Of a stretch of DNA of 53,047 nucleotides, positions 7,722 through 18,100 are shown piece after piece. The stretch comes from Candidatus Sumerlaeia bacterium. GTDB lineage: Bacteria > Sumerlaeota > Sumerlaeia > SLMS01. The stretch is from the NCBI GenBank assembly GCA_038208905.1, contig JBBQYG010000007.1, positions 1 through 53,047 of the forward strand, given 5' to 3'. The translations under genes and the position numbers were made by a program. Numbering within the stretch: position 1 is the first letter of the stretch; every line of letters starts with the position of its first letter. Below the pieces are notes generated by a model, which had not been told where the DNA came from, did not search any database, and worked only from the letters and a program-made list of their open reading frames with translations.

Positions 7722-9095
7722 ATGATAATGGACCGTCTCCATGAGCCCGCACCGATTACCGATCGCGAGGCGGCAACTCTTCGCGAATCCGCCATCGAGC
7801 GCGAATCGGCGCGCGCCAGCGGCCTGCGCCAGCGCATCGTCGTGGAGTTGGCCCTCTTTACCGGCGCCCGCCTCGGCGAACTTGCCGACCTGCGTTGTGG
7901 CGACGTGCGCCTGCTCGGGAATGCCTCCAGCATTCGCGTCCGCGGAGAAGACAATCCCCGCGTGCTCCCACTCGCCGGTCCCATGGCCGACTTGCTGGGG
8001 GAGTACTTCCAGTGGATGAAGGAGCGGGACGAGACCTGCGAGCCCACCGACCCGCTCGTGCGCAGCCAGAAGGGCGGCGCCCTCTCCCCCCGCGGATGGC
8101 AGGACGCATGGAGCCTCGCGCAGCGCCACGCCGGCCTGTGCGACAGCGGCGGCGCACCGCTCTTCAGCCTCGATTCCGCTCGCGCCTTTGCCGGCCGCGC
8201 CATCTACCGCCTCCGTCTCAACCCCCACGATGTCCAGCTCTGGCTCGGCATCGACCTCAAAACCAACGTCGAGCGATATCGCCCCGCGGAGTTTGCCCTC
8301 ACGACGATGGCCGTGCGCGACCACCTTCCGCGCACCACCACCGATCGCGTTTCGTTCCAAACCGCCGCCTCGCCCGACCTTCTCAGGATTTCGGGACTCT
8401 ATGATGGAACCTCGGGAGTCATGGACAGGCACGAGGCACGCCGCCTCCTTGCCGATATCCACGACCGCGATGCGCTCACGATCATGTGGGTCGCCCGCTG
8501 CATGGATCGAGGCAGGGCCTACTTTGCTCCCAACCACGACTTGGCCATGCTCAAGGCCCAGCGCGTCATGCCCGAACTCGATGCGATGGCCGAGGTGGGC
8601 GACGCCATGGCCCAGTACCTTCTCGGCTCCGCTCTGGAGGATGGCTTGGGTATCCCGGCGGATGCGAAGCGCGCAATAAATCTCTACCATCGCGCCGCCG
8701 CACAGGGATATGCAACTGCGTTCAACAACTTGGGACTCGTCCACGCCTATGGCCGCGGCACCCCCGGGGACCAGCGCAAGGCGCTCGGATTCTTCCGCGA
8801 AGGCGCCTCGCTTCACGAAGGCTCCGCGATGTTCAACCTGGCCGTTATGCTAGCCGAAGGTATTGGCACAGAGCCGAAGCCTGCAGAGGCCCTGCGCTGG
8901 TTCATGAAGGCCGCCAGCATTGGCGAGGTCCGCAGCATGCACAACATCAGCTACCTCTATGCAAACGGCGTTGGCGTCCCGCAGAGCGACTACCTCGCCG
9001 AGCGCTGGAGCTACCTCGCCGGCGTCCTGCCGCCCTCCAGCGATGGCCACGTGAAGAGCGGCAGCGACGACTGGATGATCCAGCTCGTCAGCTAG
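7722..9095 (+). CDS. Degenerate tyrosine-recombinase catalytic domain fused to Sel1-like repeats
   Basis: LALFTGARLGELADLRCGDV, RVLPL and VQLWLG..VERY; then about four Sel1 repeats (AQYLLGSALEDGLG, AFNNLGLVHAYGRG, AMFNLAVMLAEGIG, SMHNISYLYANGVG). Confidence 0.85.
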   Translation: MIMDRLHEPAPITDREAATLRESAIERESARASGLRQRIVVELALFTGARLGELADLRCGDVRLLGNASSIRVRGEDNPRVLPLAGPMADLLGEYFQWMKERDETCEPTDPLVRSQKGGALSPRGWQDAWSLAQRHAGLCDSGGAPLFSLDSARAFAGRAIYRLRLNPHDVQLWLGIDLKTNVERYRPAEFALTTMAVRDHLPRTTTDRVSFQTAASPDLLRISGLYDGTSGVMDRHEARRLLADIHDRDALTIMWVARCMDRGRAYFAPNHDLAMLKAQRVMPELDAMAEVGDAMAQYLLGSALEDGLGIPADAKRAINLYHRAAAQGYATAFNNLGLVHAYGRGTPGDQRKALGFFREGASLHEGSAMFNLAVMLAEGIGTEPKPAEALRWFMKAASIGEVRSMHNISYLYANGVGVPQSDYLAERWSYLAGVLPPSSDGHVKSGSDDWMIQLVS

Positions 9096-9133
9096 GCGGG
9101 CCGAAAAACCGATACCGATTTACGGAGGAAGGG

Positions 9134-10951
9134 ATGAAGCAGTCAAAGCCGTCGAGGCGGAAGCCAATCCGCACGTTTTGGAATGCCACCGCAGGCATCG
9201 CATTCATCGCCATGGCTGGGTCCACGCCCGCCCTGGCTCCTATCGAAGTAGTGTCCGGCGATCTTGAGTCCTATCTTGTGGGTGTGCCTATTCCCAGCCA
9301 CAACACCTCGCCCGATGTGGACATGTATGTCCCGCCCAATCCCGCCGAACGCGCCACCTTTGCGCAGGCCCTCGATCACTTCGTCGCCGGCCGAATCCAG
9401 TCCGGCGCGGACGCTGCCGAGGCCGTCAATTACCGAACCATTATCTTCAACGACAGCCCGCGTGATGACTACAAGATCGTCCTGCGAGAGAAAAGCACCG
9501 ACACCAAGTATCGCGGGCTCTTTGCCATTAGCCTCACACCTACGCGCGACTTGGTAGTGGAGAGCCCCCACCCTCTCTTCGACGGCACGCGAGCCCAGGC
9601 AATCAATATCTACATCGAAACTGGCGCGCGGGCCTTCATGCAGTCTGGCACCCACCGCAACAACAGCACCACCGTGTCGCCCTGCGACGGAACCCAGTCA
9701 AACGGGGACCCGTACTACATTTCCGACATGGCCCACGCGACGGACTCCTTCTTCCAGGTCGCTCACGAGCGCCTGGCCGCAGGGTATCCAGAGAGCCTCG
9801 CCTTCAGCGTCCACGGCATGTCCAGCCCCTCGGCGAACACTGCCGACGCGGACGTGGTAATGAGCAACGGCACCACGGGAAACATTAGCGTTTTCTCTGA
9901 CTCCTGGTCGCGCCAGGTAGCTGCACGAATGAACGAGCTTCGGACTTCGGGTGCCTTGGGCCGCTCGCGTTCCGCTGCAAGCCACCAGACATTGGGTGAA
10001 GTTCTGCCGCTCTCCGGCAGCACCAATACGCAGGGCCGCCAGACCAATGGCTCCGCCGACGCTTGCACCATCTCCGTAAGCAGCGCGCCACTCCCCGAGC
10101 GTTTTCTCCACATGGAGCAATCGCCCGCCGTCCGCGCCAGCGAGTCCAGTTGGGCATTCGTGATTCAGACCTATCAGGAACTATTCGCGGCACTCGCCGA
10201 CACAACTGCGGATATTCCGCCCCCGCTCGGCTTGGTGGCTCAGTGGCCGCTTGACGGAAATGGCGTCGAGGTCATTGCAGCGCGCGACGCGACGCTTGTT
10301 GGCGGCGTGTCGGCATCCACCGATCGCACCACGACAGCTTCCGGCGCACTCGCGTTCAACGGTACCAATGCCAACCTCTCCGTGCCCGATTTCGAATATG
10401 CTGGATCCGATTGCGGATTTAGCTACTCCTTCTGGTTCGAGACCACAACCTCCAGCCCCAGCAATCTCCAATACATCATCAGCCACGGGTCCGTTGGATC
10501 GGCCCCCACTCCACAGGTCAACATCCCCAGTTCCATCCACCTCTACGTGGAATCGGCCACGGGTCAGTTTCGAGTGCGCTTCACTCTGGAGGATGGTCGC
10601 CACTGGTCGCTCAACGCTGGTGCTCCTGCAACGGGTCTGGCCGATGGCTCCTGGCATCACGCCGTTTTCGCCTACTCCTTCGACGACGGGCCAGCGCTCT
10701 ACATAGACGGTCAGTTCGCCGCCTCGGAGCCGACGCTGGCTGGCCGGTGTTTCAATCCCGAGAACGACATCGTGATCGGAGCGCGCACCGATATCAGCGC
10801 CGGAGGAAGGTACTTCGGCAGCAGCACGCCCGACAGCGGTCGGCTCGACGATATCCGCATCTATAACCGTGCCCTATCCCTCGCGGACGTGCAGGACATC
10901 TTCGAGGAGACCGTCGCGGGACTCGACGGCACCCACTGGATCATCGACTGA
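9134..10951 (+). CDS. Secreted protein: putative Zn-hydrolase-fold N-terminal domain plus LamG/concanavalin-like domain
   Basis: ATG at 9134 after GGAGGAAGGG; signal peptide; ESPHPLFD, SDMAH, SVHG, LHMEQ; LamG motifs LVAQWPLDG, DGSWHHAV, LYIDG, GRLDDIRIYNRALS. Confidence 0.85.
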   Translation: MKQSKPSRRKPIRTFWNATAGIAFIAMAGSTPALAPIEVVSGDLESYLVGVPIPSHNTSPDVDMYVPPNPAERATFAQALDHFVAGRIQSGADAAEAVNYRTIIFNDSPRDDYKIVLREKSTDTKYRGLFAISLTPTRDLVVESPHPLFDGTRAQAINIYIETGARAFMQSGTHRNNSTTVSPCDGTQSNGDPYYISDMAHATDSFFQVAHERLAAGYPESLAFSVHGMSSPSANTADADVVMSNGTTGNISVFSDSWSRQVAARMNELRTSGALGRSRSAASHQTLGEVLPLSGSTNTQGRQTNGSADACTISVSSAPLPERFLHMEQSPAVRASESSWAFVIQTYQELFAALADTTADIPPPLGLVAQWPLDGNGVEVIAARDATLVGGVSASTDRTTTASGALAFNGTNANLSVPDFEYAGSDCGFSYSFWFETTTSSPSNLQYIISHGSVGSAPTPQVNIPSSIHLYVESATGQFRVRFTLEDGRHWSLNAGAPATGLADGSWHHAVFAYSFDDGPALYIDGQFAASEPTLAGRCFNPENDIVIGARTDISAGGRYFGSSTPDSGRLDDIRIYNRALSLADVQDIFEETVAGLDGTHWIID

Positions 10952-11006
10952 TCGCGCTTGGCTCCATCGGGCTTGGCCGGGAAGATCGCTCCCGCGCCAC
11001 GCCACG

Positions 11007-12641
11007 ATGATTCCCGACTCCGCCACCGAACGCTTTCCCAGCCGCGCCATTCCGGGCGCAAATTGGTTCCTCGCCGCCGTCGCCGCAGGGGCGGCGCTTC
11101 TGGCGTGGATTGCCTCTGTCCCCCAGTGGGGAGGACCCGGCCTCACATGGGACGAGGCGTACTACTATCCCACATTCCTCGATGTTCGCGAGTGGGTGGG
11201 TACCGTCGCATCCGATCCCCGCGCCGCGCTTTCGGGCGAAGCCCTCTTCGGAGGATGGCAGCGCATTCACGAACTTCCCCCCGTCGTTAAGTGGCTCGGC
11301 GCGGCCGCGTTGACCTTTGCGCCCGAATCGGGATGGGGGCGTCTCGCCGCGATGCGACTCGTCCCCGCCGCGGCCTACGGCATCACGCTCGCGCTCGTCA
11401 TGGCAGTCGCCGGGCGCTGTGCGGGCCGCGGGGCAGCGGTGATCGCGGGCGTTCTCTATGCCGCGCTCCCTCGAGTCTTTGGCCACGCCCAGATCGCCGC
11501 CACGGAGAGCGTCTTCGCCTGCGTCACGATCCTCGTCGCCTGGATCGCGATGCACGATCTCTCTCGCTGGCGATGGAGGATTCCCCTCCTGCTGGCAGTG
11601 GGTCTCGCGCTCGCCACCAAGGTGAACGGGATCATCCTCGTCGCGGTGCTGATGGCATGGCTCCTCTCGCGAGAGGTTCTCGCGGGAAAGAGTTCCTACC
11701 GGCTTCTCGGTCGCATGGGGCGCGACGCGCTGCTCGCCGCGGGGATCGTTGCATTCGCGCCGGTTGTCGCGTGGCTTGTGTGGCCGTGGCTGTGGCACGA
11801 CACCGCTGCGCGCGTGGCCGAATACATTGCCTTCATTCGCGAACACTCCCACCAGGGGCTCTGGTTCCTTGGGAGAAAGTGGAACTACGGAGCGCCGCTC
11901 GCGCCGATGACATATCCCATCGTCATGGCCCATCTCGTGGTGCCGGTCCTGATTCTTGCACTGTTCTACGCCGCGCTTGGTTCCCATGTCGCGCGCGCGA
12001 TCAGGTCACGGCGCATCGCTCCGCACACGCTGCTGCTGGTGTTTCTCTCGCTCGCGCCGATCGCCGCCGCCAGCCTGCCGGGCACGCCGCGCTACGACGG
12101 AGAGCGGCTCTTCTTCCCGCTCTTTGCGCCCGCCGCCGCGCTCGCGGGAGTGGGCCTCCGGCGCTTGCTTCCGCGCCGCGCACTTCCACGAACCCCCGCA
12201 TGGCTTCTGGTCGCCGTGGCTGTTGTCGCTCTTCAGGCGCTCGCACTTCGGCCAACTGTGGACTCCTACAACCTGATCGCCAAGATGATCGGGCGCGCCG
12301 ACTCTGTGTTTCCCTTCGAGCAAACATACTGGGGCAACGCCCTCGATGCAAAGGCCATCGCCGATCTCAACCAGCGCGTACCCCCGAACGGGCGCGTGCT
12401 CATTCGGTCGCTACAGGGCGACACCTTTGCAATACTTCAGTCATGGGGCGTCCTGCGCGAAGACATCGCGTTTGTCGGCGACCAGCCATGCGACGCGCAT
12501 CTGATCCAGAACCGACGCGGTTTCTGGGGAAACGCCGACTGGACGATCTTTCAGGAGCGCGAGCCCATCGCGGGCTACGGCGGGGGAGTGGGCGGCGAAC
12601 CGCTGATCTTCCTCTACGACGGCAGACCGCCCGGCGGCTGA
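11007..12641 (+). CDS. GT-C (ArnT/GT39-like) membrane glycosyltransferase
   Basis: TWDEAYY, HELPPVVKW, AQIAATES, GLALATK, multiple TM segments, TYWG. Start trimmed to ATG 11007. Confidence 0.85.
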   Translation: MIPDSATERFPSRAIPGANWFLAAVAAGAALLAWIASVPQWGGPGLTWDEAYYYPTFLDVREWVGTVASDPRAALSGEALFGGWQRIHELPPVVKWLGAAALTFAPESGWGRLAAMRLVPAAAYGITLALVMAVAGRCAGRGAAVIAGVLYAALPRVFGHAQIAATESVFACVTILVAWIAMHDLSRWRWRIPLLLAVGLALATKVNGIILVAVLMAWLLSREVLAGKSSYRLLGRMGRDALLAAGIVAFAPVVAWLVWPWLWHDTAARVAEYIAFIREHSHQGLWFLGRKWNYGAPLAPMTYPIVMAHLVVPVLILALFYAALGSHVARAIRSRRIAPHTLLLVFLSLAPIAAASLPGTPRYDGERLFFPLFAPAAALAGVGLRRLLPRRALPRTPAWLLVAVAVVALQALALRPTVDSYNLIAKMIGRADSVFPFEQTYWGNALDAKAIADLNQRVPPNGRVLIRSLQGDTFAILQSWGVLREDIAFVGDQPCDAHLIQNRRGFWGNADWTIFQEREPIAGYGGGVGGEPLIFLYDGRPPGG

Positions 12642-12651
12642 GCGTGGGTCG

Positions 12652-12741
12652 CTACCAACTCACAAGGTCCACGGGGAATGCCGTGCTGGATGGCCAACTG
12701 CGCGAGCAGAGCGTATCGAAAAGAAACTCAACTCCAATCAC
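12652..12741 (-). pseudogene. Internally deleted PIN/VapC toxin remnant
   Basis: GTG overlapping the antitoxin end gives VIGVEFLFDT, resembling the PIN start xxLDT. It is joined out of frame to LLAQLAIQHGIP, resembling the PIN C-terminal IAA.A..HG.P. Only about 90 bp remain. Confidence 0.5.
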
Positions 12742-12973
12742 GCGGCTTCACCATGCCGAATTCTTCGTCCACTTTCCGCATGATCTCCGCAGCATTCTCT
12801 GGGGGCATCAATCCGAAGGAATTCGGGTAGCGAGCCAGCATCTCTGCCGCCGCGTCCTGCGCATCTGACGGATGCACATCCAAACGCACCATCGCACCCT
12901 CCGTCACATCCACTGGCTGCGTCGGCGTGAAAACTCCGCCCTTGTGGATGGCTTCGATGATCATGGCGCTCAA
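12728..12973 (-). CDS. DUF104/AF2212-like antitoxin family protein
   Basis: IIEAIHKGGVFTPTQPVDVTEGAMVRLDV matches the IEAIYE.GVFKP..PV.L.EG..V.I pattern. Start is 12973 (TTG) or 12964 (ATG). Confidence 0.8.
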   Translation of the reverse strand: MSAMIIEAIHKGGVFTPTQPVDVTEGAMVRLDVHPSDAQDAAAEMLARYPNSFGLMPPENAAEIMRKVDEEFGMVKPRDWS

Positions 12974-13040
12974 CTTCCAGTTTAGACTCCTGAACGAGGC
13001 TATTCGGAAGTTAGGATTCCATGCAACGGAATTGGAAATG

Positions 13041-13075
13041 GCGGCGAGGCCCCGCCTGCCGGGGGGCCCCGCCGC
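13041..13075 (-). terminator. GC-rich hairpin after the lipoprotein gene, possible terminator
   Basis: GCGGCG-A-GGCCCC...GGGGCC-C-CGCCGC stem with only a weak U tract on the minus strand. Confidence 0.4.
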
Positions 13076-13090
13076 GTCATGCGTTTGGCC

Positions 13091-13687
13091 CTAGTTCTTG
13101 TAGGGGTCCTCGATGTCCGTCGTGCGCCAAGTGATGAACTGGAACAATACCCAGCGCGTGTAGTATGCCTTGGCGGAGTTCAGTCCCGTATCGAACACCA
13201 GCTTGTTCGTCTTTGCGTCAACGCCGTATGTGCCCAGCTTGGCGCGACCGATCTGCTTGGCGCGCTTGAATATCGCGAGCTCGGGAGTACCCAGGACACC
13301 GGCCCCAGGGATCGGCAGGGGGATCGACGGAATACCGATCAGGAACGATGAATCGTCGATCGCGGAGATTGCCGCGCGGGGATGGACAACGACATCGGCA
13401 TCGTCGGCCTTCGGGAGCAGCGCAACACCCTTCGTCAGAAGGTCCAGCTTCAGCGACGAAATCACGTACTCCTTGTCGGTCGCCGCAAACAGGCTGTCGT
13501 CGAAAAACGCCTTTCTCGGCAGCGTGTCGATCGGTGCCAGGCCCGCGATGGCACGGTCCGTGGACTCCGCGATCAAGGCCATCTCCACCGTTCCGCGCAG
13601 TGTCGTGGTGGTCTTTCCCGTGTGGCAGCCGCTCAGGAACATCGAAACGAGCGCAACACAGCCAAACACTGCCGCTAACTTCTTCAT
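13091..13687 (-). CDS. Lipoprotein, DUF6655-like
   Basis: Lipobox LSGC; TTTTLRGTVEMALIAESTDRAI, ADVVVHPRAAISAIDD, PELAIFKR. Confidence 0.75.
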   Translation of the reverse strand: MKKLAAVFGCVALVSMFLSGCHTGKTTTTLRGTVEMALIAESTDRAIAGLAPIDTLPRKAFFDDSLFAATDKEYVISSLKLDLLTKGVALLPKADDADVVVHPRAAISAIDDSSFLIGIPSIPLPIPGAGVLGTPELAIFKRAKQIGRAKLGTYGVDAKTNKLVFDTGLNSAKAYYTRWVLFQFITWRTTDIEDPYKN

Positions 13688-13741
13688 GTGGGACTTCTCC
13701 TGTTGGATAGAACTCTCCCGCGTTTCGCGAGAGGTGATCCG

Positions 13742-15187
13742 CTAGTGGCGACTGCGGATCGTAGCGAAGGCGTCGAGGGCCCGTTCTCGCCCCTCGCGAT
13801 GATCCACGATGGGCTTTGGATAGTCGGTGCCCAACACGACACCCGCGGCCCCCAATTCGGTTGCTGGGGCATCGAACGGGGCAAATAGATTCCTTGTGGG
13901 CAGCCCCGCCAACTCCGGCACCCAGCGCCGCGTGTAGTCGCCCTCGGGGTCGAACTTCTCGCCCTGAGTGATTGGGTTGAACACGCGGAAGTAGGGCGCC
14001 GCATCGGCGCCGCATCCAGAGACCCACTGCCATCCCGCCGAGTTGTTTGCCAAGTCCGCATCCACCAGCGTGTCCCAGAACCACGCCGCGCCTTCCTGCC
14101 AATGGATCAGGAGATGTTTTACCAGAAAGGACGCCACGATCATCCGGACGCGATTGTGCATCCACCCCGTAGTCCAAAGCTCGCGCATACCCGCGTCCAC
14201 GATGGGATAGCCGGTTTGGCCGCGCTGCCACGCGCGGAGCGCCAGCGCGTCCTCGCGCCATGGGAAGCGCTCGAAGTCCTTCCTAAGCGGCAGGCGATCC
14301 GTCGTCGGAAAGTGGTAGAGCAGATGATGATTGAATTCCCGCCACCCAAGCTCCCTCAGGAACGCCCACGCGCTCGCCCGGGCTTCCGCCTTGCTGCTCC
14401 GATGGATCGCGGCCTTGGCGAAATGCCAGATCGCCCGGGGCGTGATTTCGCCGAAGTGCAGATACGGCGAGAGACGCGATGTACCCGCGATGTCGGGCCG
14501 ATTCCGGTTCTCCGCATAGCCATCGATGGCAGCGGACACGAAGCGCGCCAGTTGCTCCGTCGAACCTTCCTCGCCTGGCCTCCACGCGGCGCGCATCCCG
14601 CCCGCCCAGTCGATAGGAGAGAGCAGCTTGAGATCCTCGAGGGCCAGAGACTCCACAGGTGCCGCGTGTGGCTTCAAGGCGGGAATCGCGAGTGGTTCCG
14701 GTGGGTCGTCGAGGCTCTGAATCTGCTTCCAGAATGGCGTGAACACCTGAAACGGGCCGCCCGCCTGCTTCTCCACCAAGTGTGGTTCGAAGAGCAGCGC
14801 CGAAGCATGGGATTCAGCCTCGATACCATCGGCTCGCAGGGCCGCTTTCACGGCGGTATCGCGCGGAATCGTGTGGGGATCATAGAGCCGATTCCAGTGA
14901 ACCGCCGACGCGCCGGTATCGGAGATCACCTGCCTCAGCGCCGCCAGCGCCCCGCCCCGGCGGATCACCAGGGGAATCTTCAACTTCGCCAGACTCTTCG
15001 CGAGCGCGGCGAGCGAGTGGTGCAGCCACCATTTACCCGCGCCTCCGGGTGCCCACGGGGCTTCTTCCCCGGGGGTCCATATATACACGGGAATGACTGC
15101 CCCTCCCCGTGCGGCAGCGGCGCACAGGGCGGGGTTATCCTTCAGGCGCAGGTCGCGCCTCAGCCATACGATGGTGGGCGAAATCAA
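13742..15187 (-). CDS. phrB: Deoxyribodipyrimidine photolyase (class I/III CPD)
   Basis: IVWLRRDLRLKDNPAL, TSRLSPYLHFGEI, ELGWREF, TGYPIVDAGMREL, GWMHNRVRM, WQWVSGCGADAAPYFRVFNP. TTG start at 15187 follows the RND stop. Confidence 0.95.
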   Translation of the reverse strand: MISPTIVWLRRDLRLKDNPALCAAAARGGAVIPVYIWTPGEEAPWAPGGAGKWWLHHSLAALAKSLAKLKIPLVIRRGGALAALRQVISDTGASAVHWNRLYDPHTIPRDTAVKAALRADGIEAESHASALLFEPHLVEKQAGGPFQVFTPFWKQIQSLDDPPEPLAIPALKPHAAPVESLALEDLKLLSPIDWAGGMRAAWRPGEEGSTEQLARFVSAAIDGYAENRNRPDIAGTSRLSPYLHFGEITPRAIWHFAKAAIHRSSKAEARASAWAFLRELGWREFNHHLLYHFPTTDRLPLRKDFERFPWREDALALRAWQRGQTGYPIVDAGMRELWTTGWMHNRVRMIVASFLVKHLLIHWQEGAAWFWDTLVDADLANNSAGWQWVSGCGADAAPYFRVFNPITQGEKFDPEGDYTRRWVPELAGLPTRNLFAPFDAPATELGAAGVVLGTDYPKPIVDHREGRERALDAFATIRSRH

Positions 15188-15191
15188 TCTT

Positions 15192-18100
15192 TCACACCTT
15201 TGCGAGTTCGAGCGGATTCGTGCCGCTGTCTTCAGTGATGGAGAGCGGCTCTTCGGAGGAGCGGCGCTTTGCCGACGATAGGAAGCAGTATACCGCGGGA
15301 ACGATGAAGAGCGTGAGAAATCCAGAGAAGATGAGTCCGCCGACCACAGCGATACCCAGCGACTGCCGACTCCCCGTCGAGCCGCCAATGCTCAATGCGA
15401 TCGGAAGGATGCCCAGAATCGTCGATAGGCTTGTCATCAGAATCGGGCGGAAGCGCGCCACCGCCGCGTCGATCACCGCCTCGATCTTCGGCAGGCCGTC
15501 CTCCTTTCGATGGTTTGCAAACTCCACGATCAGGATGCCATTCTTCGTCACCAGGCCCACCAGCATGATGATGCCGATCTGGCTGAAGACATTCAGCGTC
15601 ATCCCAAAGACCCACAGGCTCAACAGGGCCCCCGCCACCGAGAGAGGCACCGTGAAGAGGATGATCAGCGGATCGATGAAGCTTTCGAACTGAGCCGCCA
15701 GCACCAGATAGATCAGCACCAGCGCCATGAGGAACGCGAACAATAGGCTCGACGAACTATCCGCGAAATCGCGCGACTGGCCGGAAAGGGACGTGGAGAA
15801 ATTCTCCGGCAGGAGGCGCTCCGCCACTTCATCCAGTGCATTGATCCCATCGCCCAGCGTGAATCCTTCGGCCAAACTCCCCGAAATTGTAGCCGAAACA
15901 TACCGATCAAACCGATAGATCGCCGCGGGACTCGCGTTCTCGCGGTAGGTGACCAATCCATCCAGCGAAACCAACTTCCCGCCGCGGCTTCTCACATGCA
16001 GGCGGCGCAGATCGCCCGGATCGTCGCGATCGGCGCGATTGACCTGGCCGATTATCTGGTACTGCTTGCCGTCATTGATGAAGTAGCCCAACCGCGTACC
16101 ACTGTAGGACAGCTGAAGCACCCGCGCAATTTCGGCGATCGAGACGTCCTGCTCCGCCGCGCGGTCGCGTTCAATCTCAACGGTCATCTGGGGACGGTTT
16201 ATCTTTAGGTCGGCGTCCACGAACCGCAGCACGGGACTCTTGCTGGCTTCCTCCATGAACTTGGGCAGCACCTCGATCATGTGGGCCATGCTTGGCGCTT
16301 GAAGGACATACTGTAGCGGCTGGCCACCGCGCCGGTCGCCGATCGTCGGAGGCTGACTCGGGAAGATGCGCAATGCATGGAAACTCCCAAGCCCGGCGGA
16401 AATCTGCTGGAAGATCTGCTCCTGCGACCGCTCGCGATCCTTGGGGTCCTTCAGGTAGATGTTCTGGGTTCCGGTATTGGATGAGTTGTTCCCGCCAACC
16501 CCCATGAGCGAGAAGGTTCCGGAGATTTCCGGTATGTTGTCGCTCACCCAGGTGGCGACCTGATCGAGATAGAAACTCGTGTACTCGAAACCCACACCCT
16601 CTGGCGCACGCACGTTCACGCGGATGTTCGAGCGGTCCTCCAACGGCGCGAGTTCCGAGGGCACCCTCGCCCCGATCACGACAATCATTGTCACCACGCC
16701 GGCAATAATCGGCGCCACCAGCCACCTGAGGCGAATAAAGCCCACGAGGAACCAACGATAGACGCCCGTCATCCAAACATAGAAGGGCTCAGTAAGACGG
16801 TGGAACTTGCTATGCTTGGCTCCCCGCTTCAGGACGAAGCGGCACATCATCGGCGAAAGCGTCAGCGCCACAAAGGAGGATGCAATCACCGCGGCAACGA
16901 TCGTCACGCCGAACTCGCGGAACAATCGCCCCGTAAGCCCCTGTAGGAAAACGATCGGCATGAAGACCATCGCCAACGTCAGCGTGGTGGAGATCACGGC
17001 AAAGTAGATTTCCTTCGATCCCTTGATGGCGGCCTCCAAGGGCGCCATCCCCTGCTCGATCTTGCTGTAGATATTCTCCAGCACCACAATTGCGTCGTCG
17101 CACACCAGCCCGATTGCCAGAACAATCCCCACCAGCGTCAGCACATTGATCGAATAGCCCGCCACGTACATCACAAAGAAGGCCGAGATGATGCTCACTG
17201 GAATCGCAAGGATTGGAATGATCGTTGATCGCCAGTCGCGCAGGAACAAATAGATGATCAGCGCCACCAGCAGAAAAGCGATTAGCAGTGTTTCCTGAAC
17301 TTCGCTGATCGATTGGCGCACGAACTTGGTGAAGTCGTATCCGATCTCCATCGTGAAATCCGGCGGCAGTTCCTTGCGGATCGACTCGAAGCGCTTGTAG
17401 AATTCGTCCGCGATGGCTATCGCGTTGGTGTTGGGCTGGGGAATCACCGCGATGCCCACCATCGGCAGCATGTCCTTCTTCAGGCTCCGGTAAATATCCT
17501 CCGGCCCCAGCTCCGCATAGCCAACATCGTCGAATCGAATCTTGCGACCGTTTTGCTCCCGGATGATAAGCCCGTTAAATTCGCCTGGCGTGGTTAGCTT
17601 GCCCTCCGTCCTGACGCTAAGCTCCACCGTGTTGCCCTCGATGCGGCCAGAGGGCAGATCCACGTTCTGCGATGTCAGCGCGGCCTGCACGTCCTGCGGC
17701 GTTACGTCGTGGGCCACCATCTTGGCCGGGTCCATCCACAGGCGCATCGCCAGCCGCTTCTCTCCCCAGATGCGAACGCTGCTTACGCCGGGAATCGTCT
17801 GGACGCGCTCCTTTACGACGGTGTCCGCAATCTTCGACACTTCGAGGATGCTGCGCTTATCGCTTTGCAGCGTCATGAAAATGATCGGGGCCGAATCCGC
17901 ATCCGCCTTCTCCACCGAGGGCGGATCGGCGTCGTCGGGGAGGCGATTAATCGCCTGCGATACCTTGTCGCGCACGTCATTGGCCGCGGCTTCCAGGTCG
18001 GTATCCAGAGTAAACTCAACGCGGATGGAACTGCCTCCCTCTCGCGAGGTGGAGGAGATCGTCCGGATTCCACTTATGCCATTGATAACGCCCTCCAACG

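Noticed and set aside
7519-9133. Integrase as the boundary of a prophage or genomic island
   Set aside because: Catalytic residues are eroded, and no tRNA, att-like repeat, phage or conjugation genes are visible.
8486-9133. N-terminal 216 codons of ORF 8486..10951
   Set aside because: Overlaps the Sel1 gene in another frame; a strong RBS and signal peptide place the start at 9134.
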